From the NCBI GenBank assembly GCA_965249275.1, contig CBDFLQ010000006.1:864001-928000 (forward strand): a stretch of 64,000 nucleotides of DNA, written 5' to 3'. A program made the position numbers and the translations under genes. This document shows positions 9,399-18,795 of this stretch, piece by piece (position 1 is the first letter of the stretch; each line of letters begins with the position of its first letter). This stretch comes from Dehalococcoidia bacterium. Lineage in GTDB: Bacteria > Chloroflexota > Dehalococcoidia > Plut-88900. The notes under the pieces were generated by a model, which was not told where the DNA came from, did no database searches, and saw only the letters and a list, made by a program, of their open reading frames with translations.

Positions 9399-11111
9399 AT
9401 GCCCAGTTCACCTCATGGCGTGCAGTTTGAGTCCCACCGGCCCGACATCATGGGCCGCAACGGCATGGTCGCCTCCGGGCATCCGCTGGGTTCCCAGGCG
9501 GGCATCTCCATCCTGCAGCAGGGCGGCAACGCAATCGACGCTGCCATAGCCGTGGCCGCTGCCGTCAACGTGGTGGAACCCCAGATGTCCGGCATAGGCG
9601 GCGATGGGTTCATCATGGTCTACCGACGGGACCTTGGTAAGATCGAGGTTGCCAATGGCACGGGCCCCGCGCCTTTTGCAGCGACCTGGGAACGCTACGC
9701 TGACACCGGCATTCCCGAAAAAGGCATCCTGTCCGTCTCGGTTCCCGGCCTACTGGACGCCTGGCTCTCTGCCCACGAGAAGTACGGCAACCTACCCCTC
9801 GCTGATGTTCTGGCTCCGGCGATAGGTCTCGCTCGGGACGGTTTCCCGGTGAGCCGGAAGCTGTCGGGGGATATCGCCGCTGACATTTTCCTGTGCAACC
9901 ACCCTGCCTCGGGGGCCATATTCGCGCCTGGGGGTCGGGCCCTGGGCCCCGGTGAAATCCTGTACCAGTGTGACCTCGCCGACACCTTTGAACAGATCGC
10001 CGTCGGAGGCGCAGAAGTCTTCTACCGCGGCGAGATTGCCGCAGCTATTGCCCGCTATCACCGTGTGAACGGAGGCCTACTCTCCCTTGAAGACCTTGGT
10101 CGGTTCCACGGTGAGTGGCAGGACCCCATATCCACCACATATCGCGGCCACACCGTCTTCGAGGCGCCGCCAAACTCCAGCGGCCACGTTTTGCTCCAGG
10201 AGCTGAACATCATCGAGCAGTTCGACATCCAGGGGCTCGGGTGCAACACCTCGGAGGCCGTCCACGTTATGGTCGAGGCGAAAAAGCTCGCCTTCGCCGA
10301 CCGCGAGGCCTACGTCGCGGACCCAGGCTTCCTCGACATTCCCATGGTAGGCATGCTTTCCAAGATGTACGCCTGGGAGCGCGCCTCCCTCATCGACAGG
10401 CAAAGGGTCAACCCGAATGTGGCCCCCGGCAACCCCTATATCTACCAGGACGGCCCTGCCCCACCGCGTTCCCCAAAGAAGACTCACGGCTCCGAAAAAG
10501 GCGGGGACACCACCTGCTTCGTCGTCGTTGACCGGTGGGGGAATGCCGTGAGCCAGCTACAAAGCCAGCAGAGCGCATTCGGGTCGGGGGTGGTGGTGGA
10601 GGGGACGGGGATTCTGCTCAACAATCGCATGACCTACTGGCATCTCGACCCCGATCACATCAATTGCCTGACACCCGGCCACCGGGTCCGGCACACCATG
10701 AACCCCGTAATGGTATTCGCAGGCGAGGATGACACTGCCGCCAACGGCGAGCTCGTCCTGGTCTGCGGCACCCCGGGCGCCGACACCCAGGTGCAGACTA
10801 ACATGCAGGTAATCACTCACGTCCTGGATTTCGGCCTCAACGTTTCCGAAGCCGTGGAGGCGCCCAGGTGGAGGCACCTGCAAAACCAGACGGAGTCCAC
10901 CGAACCCCGTAAGTTCGCTGACCGGCTCCAGCTGGAAGGGCGCTTCTCCGAGGAAGTGAGGGCGAGCCTCGAGGCCAAGGGGCACACGCTTCAAATTCTC
11001 CCCGACTGGGGGGCTTCCGGCAGCGAGGTGATGATTCGCCGGGACCCGGCAACCGGGGCATTGTTCGGGGCGGCTGACCCCCGTCGGGACGGCTACGCTA
11101 TCGGTTGGTAG
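9399..11111 (+). CDS. ggt: Gamma-glutamyltransferase family protein
   Basis: GGNAIDAAIA, GIGGDGF, GDTT nucleophile, GTPGAD, GAADPRRDG. Confidence 0.92.
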   Translation: MPSSPHGVQFESHRPDIMGRNGMVASGHPLGSQAGISILQQGGNAIDAAIAVAAAVNVVEPQMSGIGGDGFIMVYRRDLGKIEVANGTGPAPFAATWERYADTGIPEKGILSVSVPGLLDAWLSAHEKYGNLPLADVLAPAIGLARDGFPVSRKLSGDIAADIFLCNHPASGAIFAPGGRALGPGEILYQCDLADTFEQIAVGGAEVFYRGEIAAAIARYHRVNGGLLSLEDLGRFHGEWQDPISTTYRGHTVFEAPPNSSGHVLLQELNIIEQFDIQGLGCNTSEAVHVMVEAKKLAFADREAYVADPGFLDIPMVGMLSKMYAWERASLIDRQRVNPNVAPGNPYIYQDGPAPPRSPKKTHGSEKGGDTTCFVVVDRWGNAVSQLQSQQSAFGSGVVVEGTGILLNNRMTYWHLDPDHINCLTPGHRVRHTMNPVMVFAGEDDTAANGELVLVCGTPGADTQVQTNMQVITHVLDFGLNVSEAVEAPRWRHLQNQTESTEPRKFADRLQLEGRFSEEVRASLEAKGHTLQILPDWGASGSEVMIRRDPATGALFGAADPRRDGYAIGW

Positions 11112-12084
11112 CCGTCCGCCTGTCCGGGTCTGCGGCGTGTGACTCGTCGGCGTGCAGGTGCATGTAGTCTTCCACCCTGAAGGGAGGCATCAACGGGTTG
11201 GTGGTGAGCCTCGCCGCCTTCAAGGTGTTGACCATCAGCATGGCCACGGTCATCACCCCGACCCCGCCCGGTACCGGAGTTATGGCCTGGGCCTTCTCCT
11301 TGACTGAATCGAAGTCTACGTCGCCCACAAGCCGGTAGCCTCTTTTCTTGGTAGGGTCCGGTATGGCGTGGATCCCGACGTCTACCACCACCACCCCCGG
11401 CCTCACCATGTCCCCCGTTATGCCCTGGGGGTTGCCTGTCGCGACGACAAGGATGTCGGCCATTCGGGTGATGCTGGGCAGGTTCCTGGTCCCGAGGTGG
11501 CATATCGTCACCGTCGCGTTGGCCCACGGCTTCTCCTGGAGCAGCAGCGCAGCCAATGGTCGGCCCACAATCAGGCTGCCCCCGACCAACACCACGTGTT
11601 TCCCCTCCGGGTGGTGCCCCACCGACACAAGCATCCGGTGTATCCCTGCCGGCGTGCACGGCACAAAGCGCGGCTCCCCCGCCATCAGCCAGCCCACGTC
11701 AAGGGGGTGCAACCCCTCAATGTCCTTAAGGGGATCGACGGCGTGTATGACCTTCAGCATGTCGATGCCGCGGGGCACTGGGAACTGGACCAGGATGCCG
11801 TGGAACCTATCGTCCGAGTTCAGCTGATCGATCTTCCTGAGCAGTTCGGCCTCGGTTGTGTTGCCGGGCAGCCTGAAGGTCTGGGAGTAGATGGCCGACT
11901 CCGCCGCCGCCTTCTCCTTCGCGGCTACGTATCTCCCAGAAGCCGGGTCATCCGATACAAGCACCACTGCCAAGCCGGGCACCACACCCGTCTGCGAGCT
12001 AAGTTCCTCCACGGCGTACTTCACGCCCAATCGGATGTTCTCGGCTATCCAGCGGCCATCGATTATCACTGCGGTCATAGCCAA
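11098..12084 (-). CDS. folD: Bifunctional methylene-THF dehydrogenase/cyclohydrolase
   Basis: IIDG, PGLAVVLV, HGILVQFP, PCTPAG, ITPVPGGVG. Confidence 0.92.
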   Translation of the reverse strand: MAMTAVIIDGRWIAENIRLGVKYAVEELSSQTGVVPGLAVVLVSDDPASGRYVAAKEKAAAESAIYSQTFRLPGNTTEAELLRKIDQLNSDDRFHGILVQFPVPRGIDMLKVIHAVDPLKDIEGLHPLDVGWLMAGEPRFVPCTPAGIHRMLVSVGHHPEGKHVVLVGGSLIVGRPLAALLLQEKPWANATVTICHLGTRNLPSITRMADILVVATGNPQGITGDMVRPGVVVVDVGIHAIPDPTKKRGYRLVGDVDFDSVKEKAQAITPVPGGVGVMTVAMLMVNTLKAARLTTNPLMPPFRVEDYMHLHADESHAADPDRRTATNR

Positions 12085-12290
12085 TCACCAAGCCTCCACC
12101 GATACTGCCATCAAGCCGCTCGGGCCCCGAGGCCCGGACGCCGCGAATGATACTCGCCGCCCGCGTTTAGTGCGAGTAGCAGCCACCTGAGAATATTTGT
12201 CTTTCCCCCCTCCCATTTTGTCTCTGGACTTGTCCCTCCTCTCCTATGCCGGTATCATTGTCACCGGCCACGCGAGCCAGGAGGAACCAC

Positions 12291-13460
12291 ATGCGATTTA
12301 ACTTCACCCCGGAAGAACAGGCCTTCAGGCAGGAGGTCAAGGACTTCCTTGCTGCGGAATGGACAGAGGACCACGACCTAGTACCCGGCAGCGAAGAGGC
12401 ACATGCCGTGGAAATGGGCATGCGCAAGAAGCTCGCCGACAAGGGCTGGCTGGCACTCTCCTGGCCGGAAGAGTACGGCGGCTCTGACGCCTCCGTAATG
12501 CAGCAGGTCATCTTCACCGACGAATGGTCCTACGCCCACGCACCAGGCCGCGACGGCGAGGGTATCGGCTACATCGGCCCGGCCATAATGGTGCACGGGA
12601 CCGAGGAGCAGAAGAAAGAGCACATCGGCGGCATAGCCCGCGGTGAAGTTGTCTGGGCACAGGGCTATTCGGAGCCCGAGTCGGGTTCCGACCTCGCTTC
12701 CGTCCGGACCCGCGCTGTCCTAGAAGGTGACGAGTGGGTCATCAACGGACAAAAGATCTGGACCTCCCAGGCCCACGTCGCCGACTGGATCCTCCTCCTG
12801 GCCCGCACCGACCCCAATGCCCCCAAGCATCGGGGCATTACTATGTTCCTCGCCGACATGAGGACGCCCGGCGTTTCCGTCAGGCCCATTGTCGACATGA
12901 CCGGCGGCCACCACTTCAACGAGACCTTCTTCGACAACGTGCGCGTGCCCAAGGGCAACGTAGTCGCCGAGGTCAACCGGGGCTGGTATGCCGGAATGAC
13001 CCTGCTGGACTTCGAGCGTTCCGGCGTCGAGTACGCCGCCCTCGCCCGTCGGGCCCTTGACGAGACCCGGAAGTTCGCCAGCGAGACCAAATATAACGGC
13101 AAGAATCTCATCGACCTTCCCATGGTCCGCAACACCCTCGCCGAGATGGCCGTCAACGTGGAAGTCTCCTACATGATGTCCTACCAGATTGCTTACATCC
13201 AGAGCAAGGGAGAGGTACCGAACAAGGAAGCCTCCATGGGTAAGAGCTTCGGCTCGGAGGTCGAGCAGCGCATACTGCAGATGGCCATGCGCATCCTGGG
13301 CCTCCATGGTCAGCTCACCCCCTCCTCCTCACGCACCCCTCTGCACGGTTGGGTCGAGACCAACTATCTGAAGAGCGTCTCGGACACCATCCAGAGCGGA
13401 ACTTCGGAGATTCAGCGCAACATCATCGCCACCCGAGGCCTTGGCCTGCCTCGGCAGTAG
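12291..13460 (+). CDS. Acyl-CoA dehydrogenase
   Basis: GYSEPESGSDLAS, INGQKIWTS, FNETFFDNVRVP, GTSEIQRNII; AGGAGG before ATG 12291. Confidence 0.92.
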   Translation: MRFNFTPEEQAFRQEVKDFLAAEWTEDHDLVPGSEEAHAVEMGMRKKLADKGWLALSWPEEYGGSDASVMQQVIFTDEWSYAHAPGRDGEGIGYIGPAIMVHGTEEQKKEHIGGIARGEVVWAQGYSEPESGSDLASVRTRAVLEGDEWVINGQKIWTSQAHVADWILLLARTDPNAPKHRGITMFLADMRTPGVSVRPIVDMTGGHHFNETFFDNVRVPKGNVVAEVNRGWYAGMTLLDFERSGVEYAALARRALDETRKFASETKYNGKNLIDLPMVRNTLAEMAVNVEVSYMMSYQIAYIQSKGEVPNKEASMGKSFGSEVEQRILQMAMRILGLHGQLTPSSSRTPLHGWVETNYLKSVSDTIQSGTSEIQRNIIATRGLGLPRQ

Positions 13461-13538
13461 TCCCCACACCATAAGACCGCAATTGCCGCGCCGCTCCGTG
13501 AACACGGAGCGGCGTAGTAATTCATAGGAGAGGAACTC

Positions 13539-15020
13539 TTGAATATAGCTGACGTAATTGTGGTTGGGGCAGGCAACGCGGCTCTTTGCGCCGCACTTTC
13601 CGCCCGGGAGAACGGGGCTCGGGTGCTGGTTCTTGAAAAGGCGCCCGAGCACATGCGCGGCGGCAACTCCTATTTCACGGGCGGCGGCTTCCGTTTCCCC
13701 TACGACGGCCTCGAGGACATCCGGGGCCTAATCCCCGAAATGGCCGACGAGGAGGCCAACTCCATCGAAATCGGCTCTTATCCCCAGCCCCAAATGTACG
13801 ACGATATCATGCGCGTCACAGAGGGCCTCTCCGATGCCGACCTCATCGAGACCCTCGTCACCCGCGCCTATCCGACCGTCCAGTGGATGAGGGAGCAGGG
13901 GCTCCACTGGGTCCTGATGTACGGCCGCCAGTCCTTCGAGGTTGGGGGGAAGCAGCATTTCTACGGCGGCCTGATCACGGAGGCGGTGGGGGGTGGCAAG
14001 GGCCTCGTCGACTCCCTGTTCGACGCTGCCCAGGCCCGAGGCATCGACATCGCCTACGGGGCCAAGGTCACGGGCCTCCTGACCGACGATATAGGACGCG
14101 TGACCGGGGTATCGGCACGCACGCCTGAAGGAAGCCGGGACTTCGAGGCGAGGGCCGTGGTCCTAGCCTGCGGCGGCTTCGAGTCGAACCCGGAGATGCG
14201 GACCCGCTACCTGGGCCCCGGGTGGGAGCTGGCCAAGGTGCGCGGCACTCGGTATAACACGGGAGACGGCATCCGCATCGCCCTGGACGCGGGGGCACAG
14301 TCCCACGGCCACTGGAGTTCCTGCCACGCGGTCGCCTGGGATCTCAACGCACCCACTTTCGGCGACCGCAACGTCGCCGACCTATTTCAGAAGCACTCCT
14401 ACCCCCTCGGCATCGTAGTCAACGTTGAGGGCAAGCGCTTCCTCGACGAGGGTGCTGACTTACGCAACTACACCTATGCCAAGTACGGACGAGAGATATT
14501 GAAGCAGCCCCACCGCGCAGCTTTCCAGATCTTCGATGCCAAGGTCTCCGGGAAACTTCGGGACGAGTATTACATTGCCCGTGCCACGAAAGCGGAGTCG
14601 GACACCATTCCGGGCCTTGCGGACGCCCTCGGCATCGACAAGCAGAAATTCATCGACACCGTACAGAGCTTCAATGCCGCCGTTACGGAAGGGGAGTTCA
14701 ATCCCGCCGTTCTCGACGGCAAGGGGACCACAGGAATCGAGCCGCCCAAGTCCAACTGGGCTCAGAGGCTCGATTCTCCGCCATTCATCGGCTACGCCGT
14801 GACTTGCGGCATTACCTTCACCTTCGGAGGTCTCAAGATCAGCCCCGACGCCCGTGTCCTGGACACCGAGGACGCGCCCATACCGGGCCTGTACGCTGCG
14901 GGGGAACTTGTCGGCGGACTCTTCTACTACAACTACGCCGGTGGGTCCGGATTGATGGCGGGGTCGGTTTTCGGTCGGATCGCAGGGGCGGAGGCGGCGA
15001 AGGCGGCGGGCTCGGCTTAG
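13539..15020 (+). CDS. tcuA: FAD-dependent tricarballylate dehydrogenase TcuA-like
   Basis: VVGAGNAALCAA, RGGNSYFT, HSYPLGIVVN, YTYAKYGREIL, CGITFTFGGL, GLFYYNY.GGSGL. Confidence 0.85.
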   Translation: MNIADVIVVGAGNAALCAALSARENGARVLVLEKAPEHMRGGNSYFTGGGFRFPYDGLEDIRGLIPEMADEEANSIEIGSYPQPQMYDDIMRVTEGLSDADLIETLVTRAYPTVQWMREQGLHWVLMYGRQSFEVGGKQHFYGGLITEAVGGGKGLVDSLFDAAQARGIDIAYGAKVTGLLTDDIGRVTGVSARTPEGSRDFEARAVVLACGGFESNPEMRTRYLGPGWELAKVRGTRYNTGDGIRIALDAGAQSHGHWSSCHAVAWDLNAPTFGDRNVADLFQKHSYPLGIVVNVEGKRFLDEGADLRNYTYAKYGREILKQPHRAAFQIFDAKVSGKLRDEYYIARATKAESDTIPGLADALGIDKQKFIDTVQSFNAAVTEGEFNPAVLDGKGTTGIEPPKSNWAQRLDSPPFIGYAVTCGITFTFGGLKISPDARVLDTEDAPIPGLYAAGELVGGLFYYNYAGGSGLMAGSVFGRIAGAEAAKAAGSA

Positions 15021-15030
15021 ACGCCTATTG

Positions 15031-15885
15031 CTAAGTGCCCTTGGCCCCAGTGATGTCTCGTCTCTGGAACATGAACAGCGCCGCGCCGCCAAATATTATG
15101 CTGTAACCCAGCAGGACCAGAAACGCCTGCACCGTATTTGGCAATTCACCGTCGCCAAGGGTGGTGACAAGGAAGATAAAGTCCTGAGCGCCCTCCTCGC
15201 TAATCAGGGCGTGGGCACTGATTCCAAGGGTGAATCCCGCTATTTTATCGAACCCGTCTACGAACACCGTAAGGATAGGAACGACTATCTGCTCCGCTAT
15301 GTGGTAACCCACAGTTATTGCCAGTCCGACGGTCGCGGAAGACGTCAAGATAGTCAGGGCTGTGGCCAAAAGTGCGTACGGTATCAACGCAAAAGCCGCT
15401 TTGAGAATTGTCAAAATGGCTTCCGACCACTCGCCGGACGAAGTCAATTCGCTACTGTTTTCCGCAAGTCCAGTGGTAACCAGGCTGCTAATCCCGATGA
15501 AAACAGCAGCGATAATCAGGCCGCCAAGTCCCGCCAGGGCGGAGATTCCGAACTTTGACACCAGAAGCTGCCACCGCCCCGGGCCCCGTGCCAGAGCCGT
15601 ACGCAGTGTCCCCCAACCGTACTCCGTCCCCATCATTGACGACGATAGAGTCACAATCAGCACTATCGCCAATCCAAACATCGATCTGAGACCCAGAGTC
15701 ACGCTGCCCGGCAGGAGGAATAAGTCGGCTGCTCCAACCTCTCCTTCGCCGCGATATACCAGATAACCAATCCAGACAAGCATCTGGGTAAACAGAGTGA
15801 AGATAACCAGCAGCACCCAGGGGAACCACCGATGCCGCAGCTTGAACCACTCCCACCTCATCAACGACAGAAGGTGCAGTATCAA
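15031..15885 (-). CDS. ABC-2 type transporter permease
   Basis: Six TM segments, EYGWGTLR motif, C-terminal FQRRDI; overlaps the ATPase stop. Confidence 0.85.
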   Translation of the reverse strand: MILHLLSLMRWEWFKLRHRWFPWVLLVIFTLFTQMLVWIGYLVYRGEGEVGAADLFLLPGSVTLGLRSMFGLAIVLIVTLSSSMMGTEYGWGTLRTALARGPGRWQLLVSKFGISALAGLGGLIIAAVFIGISSLVTTGLAENSSELTSSGEWSEAILTILKAAFALIPYALLATALTILTSSATVGLAITVGYHIAEQIVVPILTVFVDGFDKIAGFTLGISAHALISEEGAQDFIFLVTTLGDGELPNTVQAFLVLLGYSIIFGGAALFMFQRRDITGAKGT

Positions 15886-16796
15886 GCAGAGTCTCCGTTT
15901 GCTCCCCCGGTTACTTCAAGGAAGTACTGCTCCAGACTCTTCGCTCTAGGCCGCATCTCGGTGACGTACACGCCTGCCCCGCTCAGCGCCGCCGTCAGCT
16001 CACCCGACCTGCTGCTCGGGGCAGAGGCCACCAGGTATCCTTCTTCTTCCTCCACTTCACTGACCCAGTCCACCATCGAAAGCACCTCTTTGGCCTTGGC
16101 GTCATCCGTCGTCCTGAGTTGAACCTGCTCACCCGACTTCACCAGCTCCGACACATCACCCTGTGCGATTAGTTTGCCCCTGGAGAGGATCGCCACGCTG
16201 TCACAGACTGCCTCAACCTCGTGGAGGAGGTGGCTGGAGAGGAGCACGGTCCTGCCACCGGTGCCTAGTCTACGGACCAGGTCCCGGATCTCGGCCATGC
16301 CGGCTGGATCCATGCCATTGGTCGGCTCGTCGAGAATAAGGATCTCGGGGTCGCCGAGAAGGGCGTAGGCGAGGCCCAAGCGCTGCTTCATACCGAGGGA
16401 GTAGGTGTGGAACTTGTCGTTGGCCCTCGTGCCAAGGCCCACGGTGTCCAGAAGCGAATCCAGCTCGGCCCGGTTGCCCTTTCCCGTTATTCCCTGAAAA
16501 TAGGCGAGGTTCCTTCGGCCCGACAGGTAGGGGTAAAAAGCCGGAGTTTCCACGATTGCGCCGATGCGGTGCAGAGCCTCGGTGTGGGATCCTCCCCCTC
16601 CAAAAAGACTGAAGTTGCCGGAGGTCTGCCTCGTAAGGCCGAGAAGAATGCTGAGGGTTGTGGTCTTACCCGAGCCATTGGGCCCCAGCAGCCCGAATAT
16701 CCGACCCCTGGGCACTTCCATCGACAGGCCATCAACAGCCACGATTGAACCGTATCTCTTGGTTAGGCCCTGGGTGCGGATTACGGAGTCGTTCAT
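15882..16796 (-). CDS. ABC-2 transporter ATP-binding protein (BcrA-like)
   Basis: GPNGSGKTT, YSLGMKQRLG, ILDEPTNGMDP, SSHLL. Confidence 0.92.
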   Translation of the reverse strand: MNDSVIRTQGLTKRYGSIVAVDGLSMEVPRGRIFGLLGPNGSGKTTTLSILLGLTRQTSGNFSLFGGGGSHTEALHRIGAIVETPAFYPYLSGRRNLAYFQGITGKGNRAELDSLLDTVGLGTRANDKFHTYSLGMKQRLGLAYALLGDPEILILDEPTNGMDPAGMAEIRDLVRRLGTGGRTVLLSSHLLHEVEAVCDSVAILSRGKLIAQGDVSELVKSGEQVQLRTTDDAKAKEVLSMVDWVSEVEEEEGYLVASAPSSRSGELTAALSGAGVYVTEMRPRAKSLEQYFLEVTGGANGDSA

Positions 16797-16806
16797 ACGC
16801 TGGGCA

Positions 16807-16932
16807 TTATCTGCGCCTGCGCAACAGGAAGTCCAGTATTTTCTTCAAGGGGTTGCCGCCCTGTCGTACACTCTGCAACCTACGTTGGGTGCAACTGACA
16901 CACGTGCAGGCCGAGGGATGTCTCCCCACCAT
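16807..16932 (-). CDS. 41-aa Cys/His small protein (below the ORF-track cutoff)
   Basis: MVGRHPSACTCVSCTQRRLQSVRQGGNPLKKILDFLLRRRR*; fills the gap between the BVMO and ABC ATPase genes, co-oriented with both. Confidence 0.6.
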   Translation of the reverse strand: MVGRHPSACTCVSCTQRRLQSVRQGGNPLKKILDFLLRRRR

Positions 16933-16968
16933 TTCCTGGCTTCTGAACTCCCGCTCTTTCACCGTGCT

Positions 16969-18615
16969 TTATCCGACGGCCGCGCTTTTGGTAGGCACTG
17001 CATCGAGCACAAACCCCTGATAGCCGTTCTCTGCAATCTCGTCGCACCTTTTGCGATATGTACCCATGCCGCCGGTGTAGGGCATGAAGACTCGGGGCTT
17101 GCCCGGTATGTTTGCGCCGAGGTACCAAGAGTTGGCTTGCATATATAGGGTCTTGTTGGCTTCTTCCTGGACGTGGGCATCCCAGTCCTTTTCGGCCTGT
17201 GGGTCGGCTTCAGCGGTTTCGAGACCGTAATTACGCATCCAGTCTATGAAGTCGGCTACCCACTCTATATGCTGCTCGATGGCGACGGGCATATTGGTCA
17301 ATACGGAAGGGCTCCCGGGGCCTGTCAGCATGAACATGTTGGGGAATCCAGCGACCTGTAGGCCGAGGTAAGTCTTCGGGCCCTCGGCCCATTTCTCACG
17401 CAGGGTCAGTCCGTCGCGTCCCCGGATGTCGATCTTCATGAAAGTCCCGGTCATGGCATCGAATCCCGTGGCGAAGACTATCGCGTCGAACTCGAAGTCC
17501 TTCTCGGAGGTCCTTATCCCCTTGGCGTTGATCTCCTGGATAGGCGTCTGGCGCAGGTCTACCAGGTTGACGTTCTCACGGTTGTAAGTATCGAAGTAGT
17601 TGGTGTCTATGAGGGCTCTTTTGGATCCGAAAGGATGGTCCAATGGCAGCAGTTTTTGGCAGGTCTCGGGGTCCTTGACCATCTCCCGAATCTTGGAGCG
17701 TATGAACTCGGAGGCGGTGTCGTTGGCCTCCTTGTCGATCATGATGTCTTCGAAGGAGCCATAGATGAAGTCGTTCCCGCCGACACTCCAGACCTGCTCG
17801 AAAACCTTCCTGCGCTCCTCCTCCGTAACGTCAAACGCCGACCGGGCCACCGGGGTTTGAGGTGTGCCGCCGTGGGTCCATTTCGCTTTTTCGATGATCT
17901 CGTCGTAGTTCGGTTTGACCTCTTCCTCAATGAACCTCTTGTCTATGCTGCCGTGCCTTGCCGGTACGGTGTACTGGGGGGTGCGCTGGAACACCGTGAC
18001 ATGCTTGGCCTGTTTGGCTATCACGGGTATCGACTGCACGCCGCTCGACCCCGTGCCTACAACCGCAACCCGCTTCCCGGAAAAGTCCACGGGGTGGTGC
18101 GGCCAATTGCCGGTGTGATACCAGTCCCCTTCGAAGGAGTCCAGCCCCTTGATCTTGGGGATGTTGCCCGTGGATATGCACCCGATACCCGTGATCAGGT
18201 GCCTGGCAGTCACTCGGTCGCCCTGGTCCGTCTCGATCTCCCAGAGGTTTCTGTCCTCAAGGAAAGTGGCGGAGGTGACGCGGGTATCGAACTGGATGTT
18301 GGACCGCAGGTCGAACCGGTCGGCGACGTGGTTGAGGTAGGTCAGAATCTCGGGTTGCTCGGGGTATTTGCCACTCCACTCCCATTCCTGGAGAAGCTCC
18401 TTCGAGAAGGTGAAGCAGTAAGTGTAGCTCTCGGAGTCACACCGGGCGCCGGGATACCGGTTCCAATACCAGGTCCCACCGACCCCGGTCCCCGCCTCGT
18501 AGACCTGGACGGACATCCCCATGTCGTCCCTCAGCCGCCACAGCATCCCCAACCCCGAGAACCCCGCCCCGATCACTACCGCATCGAAGTCGCCGCCGTT
18601 CTTCAAGCTAGCCAT
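16969..18615 (-). CDS. Baeyer-Villiger monooxygenase (cyclohexanone monooxygenase family), copy 1
   Basis: GAGFSG, GGTWYWNRYPGARCD, FEGDWYHTGNWP BVMO fingerprint, GTGSSG, ATGFD. Confidence 0.95.
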   Translation of the reverse strand: MASLKNGGDFDAVVIGAGFSGLGMLWRLRDDMGMSVQVYEAGTGVGGTWYWNRYPGARCDSESYTYCFTFSKELLQEWEWSGKYPEQPEILTYLNHVADRFDLRSNIQFDTRVTSATFLEDRNLWEIETDQGDRVTARHLITGIGCISTGNIPKIKGLDSFEGDWYHTGNWPHHPVDFSGKRVAVVGTGSSGVQSIPVIAKQAKHVTVFQRTPQYTVPARHGSIDKRFIEEEVKPNYDEIIEKAKWTHGGTPQTPVARSAFDVTEEERRKVFEQVWSVGGNDFIYGSFEDIMIDKEANDTASEFIRSKIREMVKDPETCQKLLPLDHPFGSKRALIDTNYFDTYNRENVNLVDLRQTPIQEINAKGIRTSEKDFEFDAIVFATGFDAMTGTFMKIDIRGRDGLTLREKWAEGPKTYLGLQVAGFPNMFMLTGPGSPSVLTNMPVAIEQHIEWVADFIDWMRNYGLETAEADPQAEKDWDAHVQEEANKTLYMQANSWYLGANIPGKPRVFMPYTGGMGTYRKRCDEIAENGYQGFVLDAVPTKSAAVG

Positions 18616-18737
18616 ATAACTCCCCCTGCAACTCTATGACTTCGGCCTTTCCCTCTTCCCCTTCCCACAGAACCGGCCCTATTGTACCAGCAATGGATTT
18701 CGGCGGGGATTAGGCGCCTAGTCCTCAGAACAAGAAA

Positions 18738-18764
18738 CTGGGGAAGCGCTCCGCGCTTCCCCAG
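18738..18764. terminator. Intrinsic terminator hairpin between the BVMO copies
   Basis: CTGGGGAAGCG/CGCTTCCCCAG stem, followed by a T-rich run on both strands. Confidence 0.7.
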
Positions 18765-18795
18765 CTCTTTTCCAGCTGTTCAGGGTTAGGACGGG

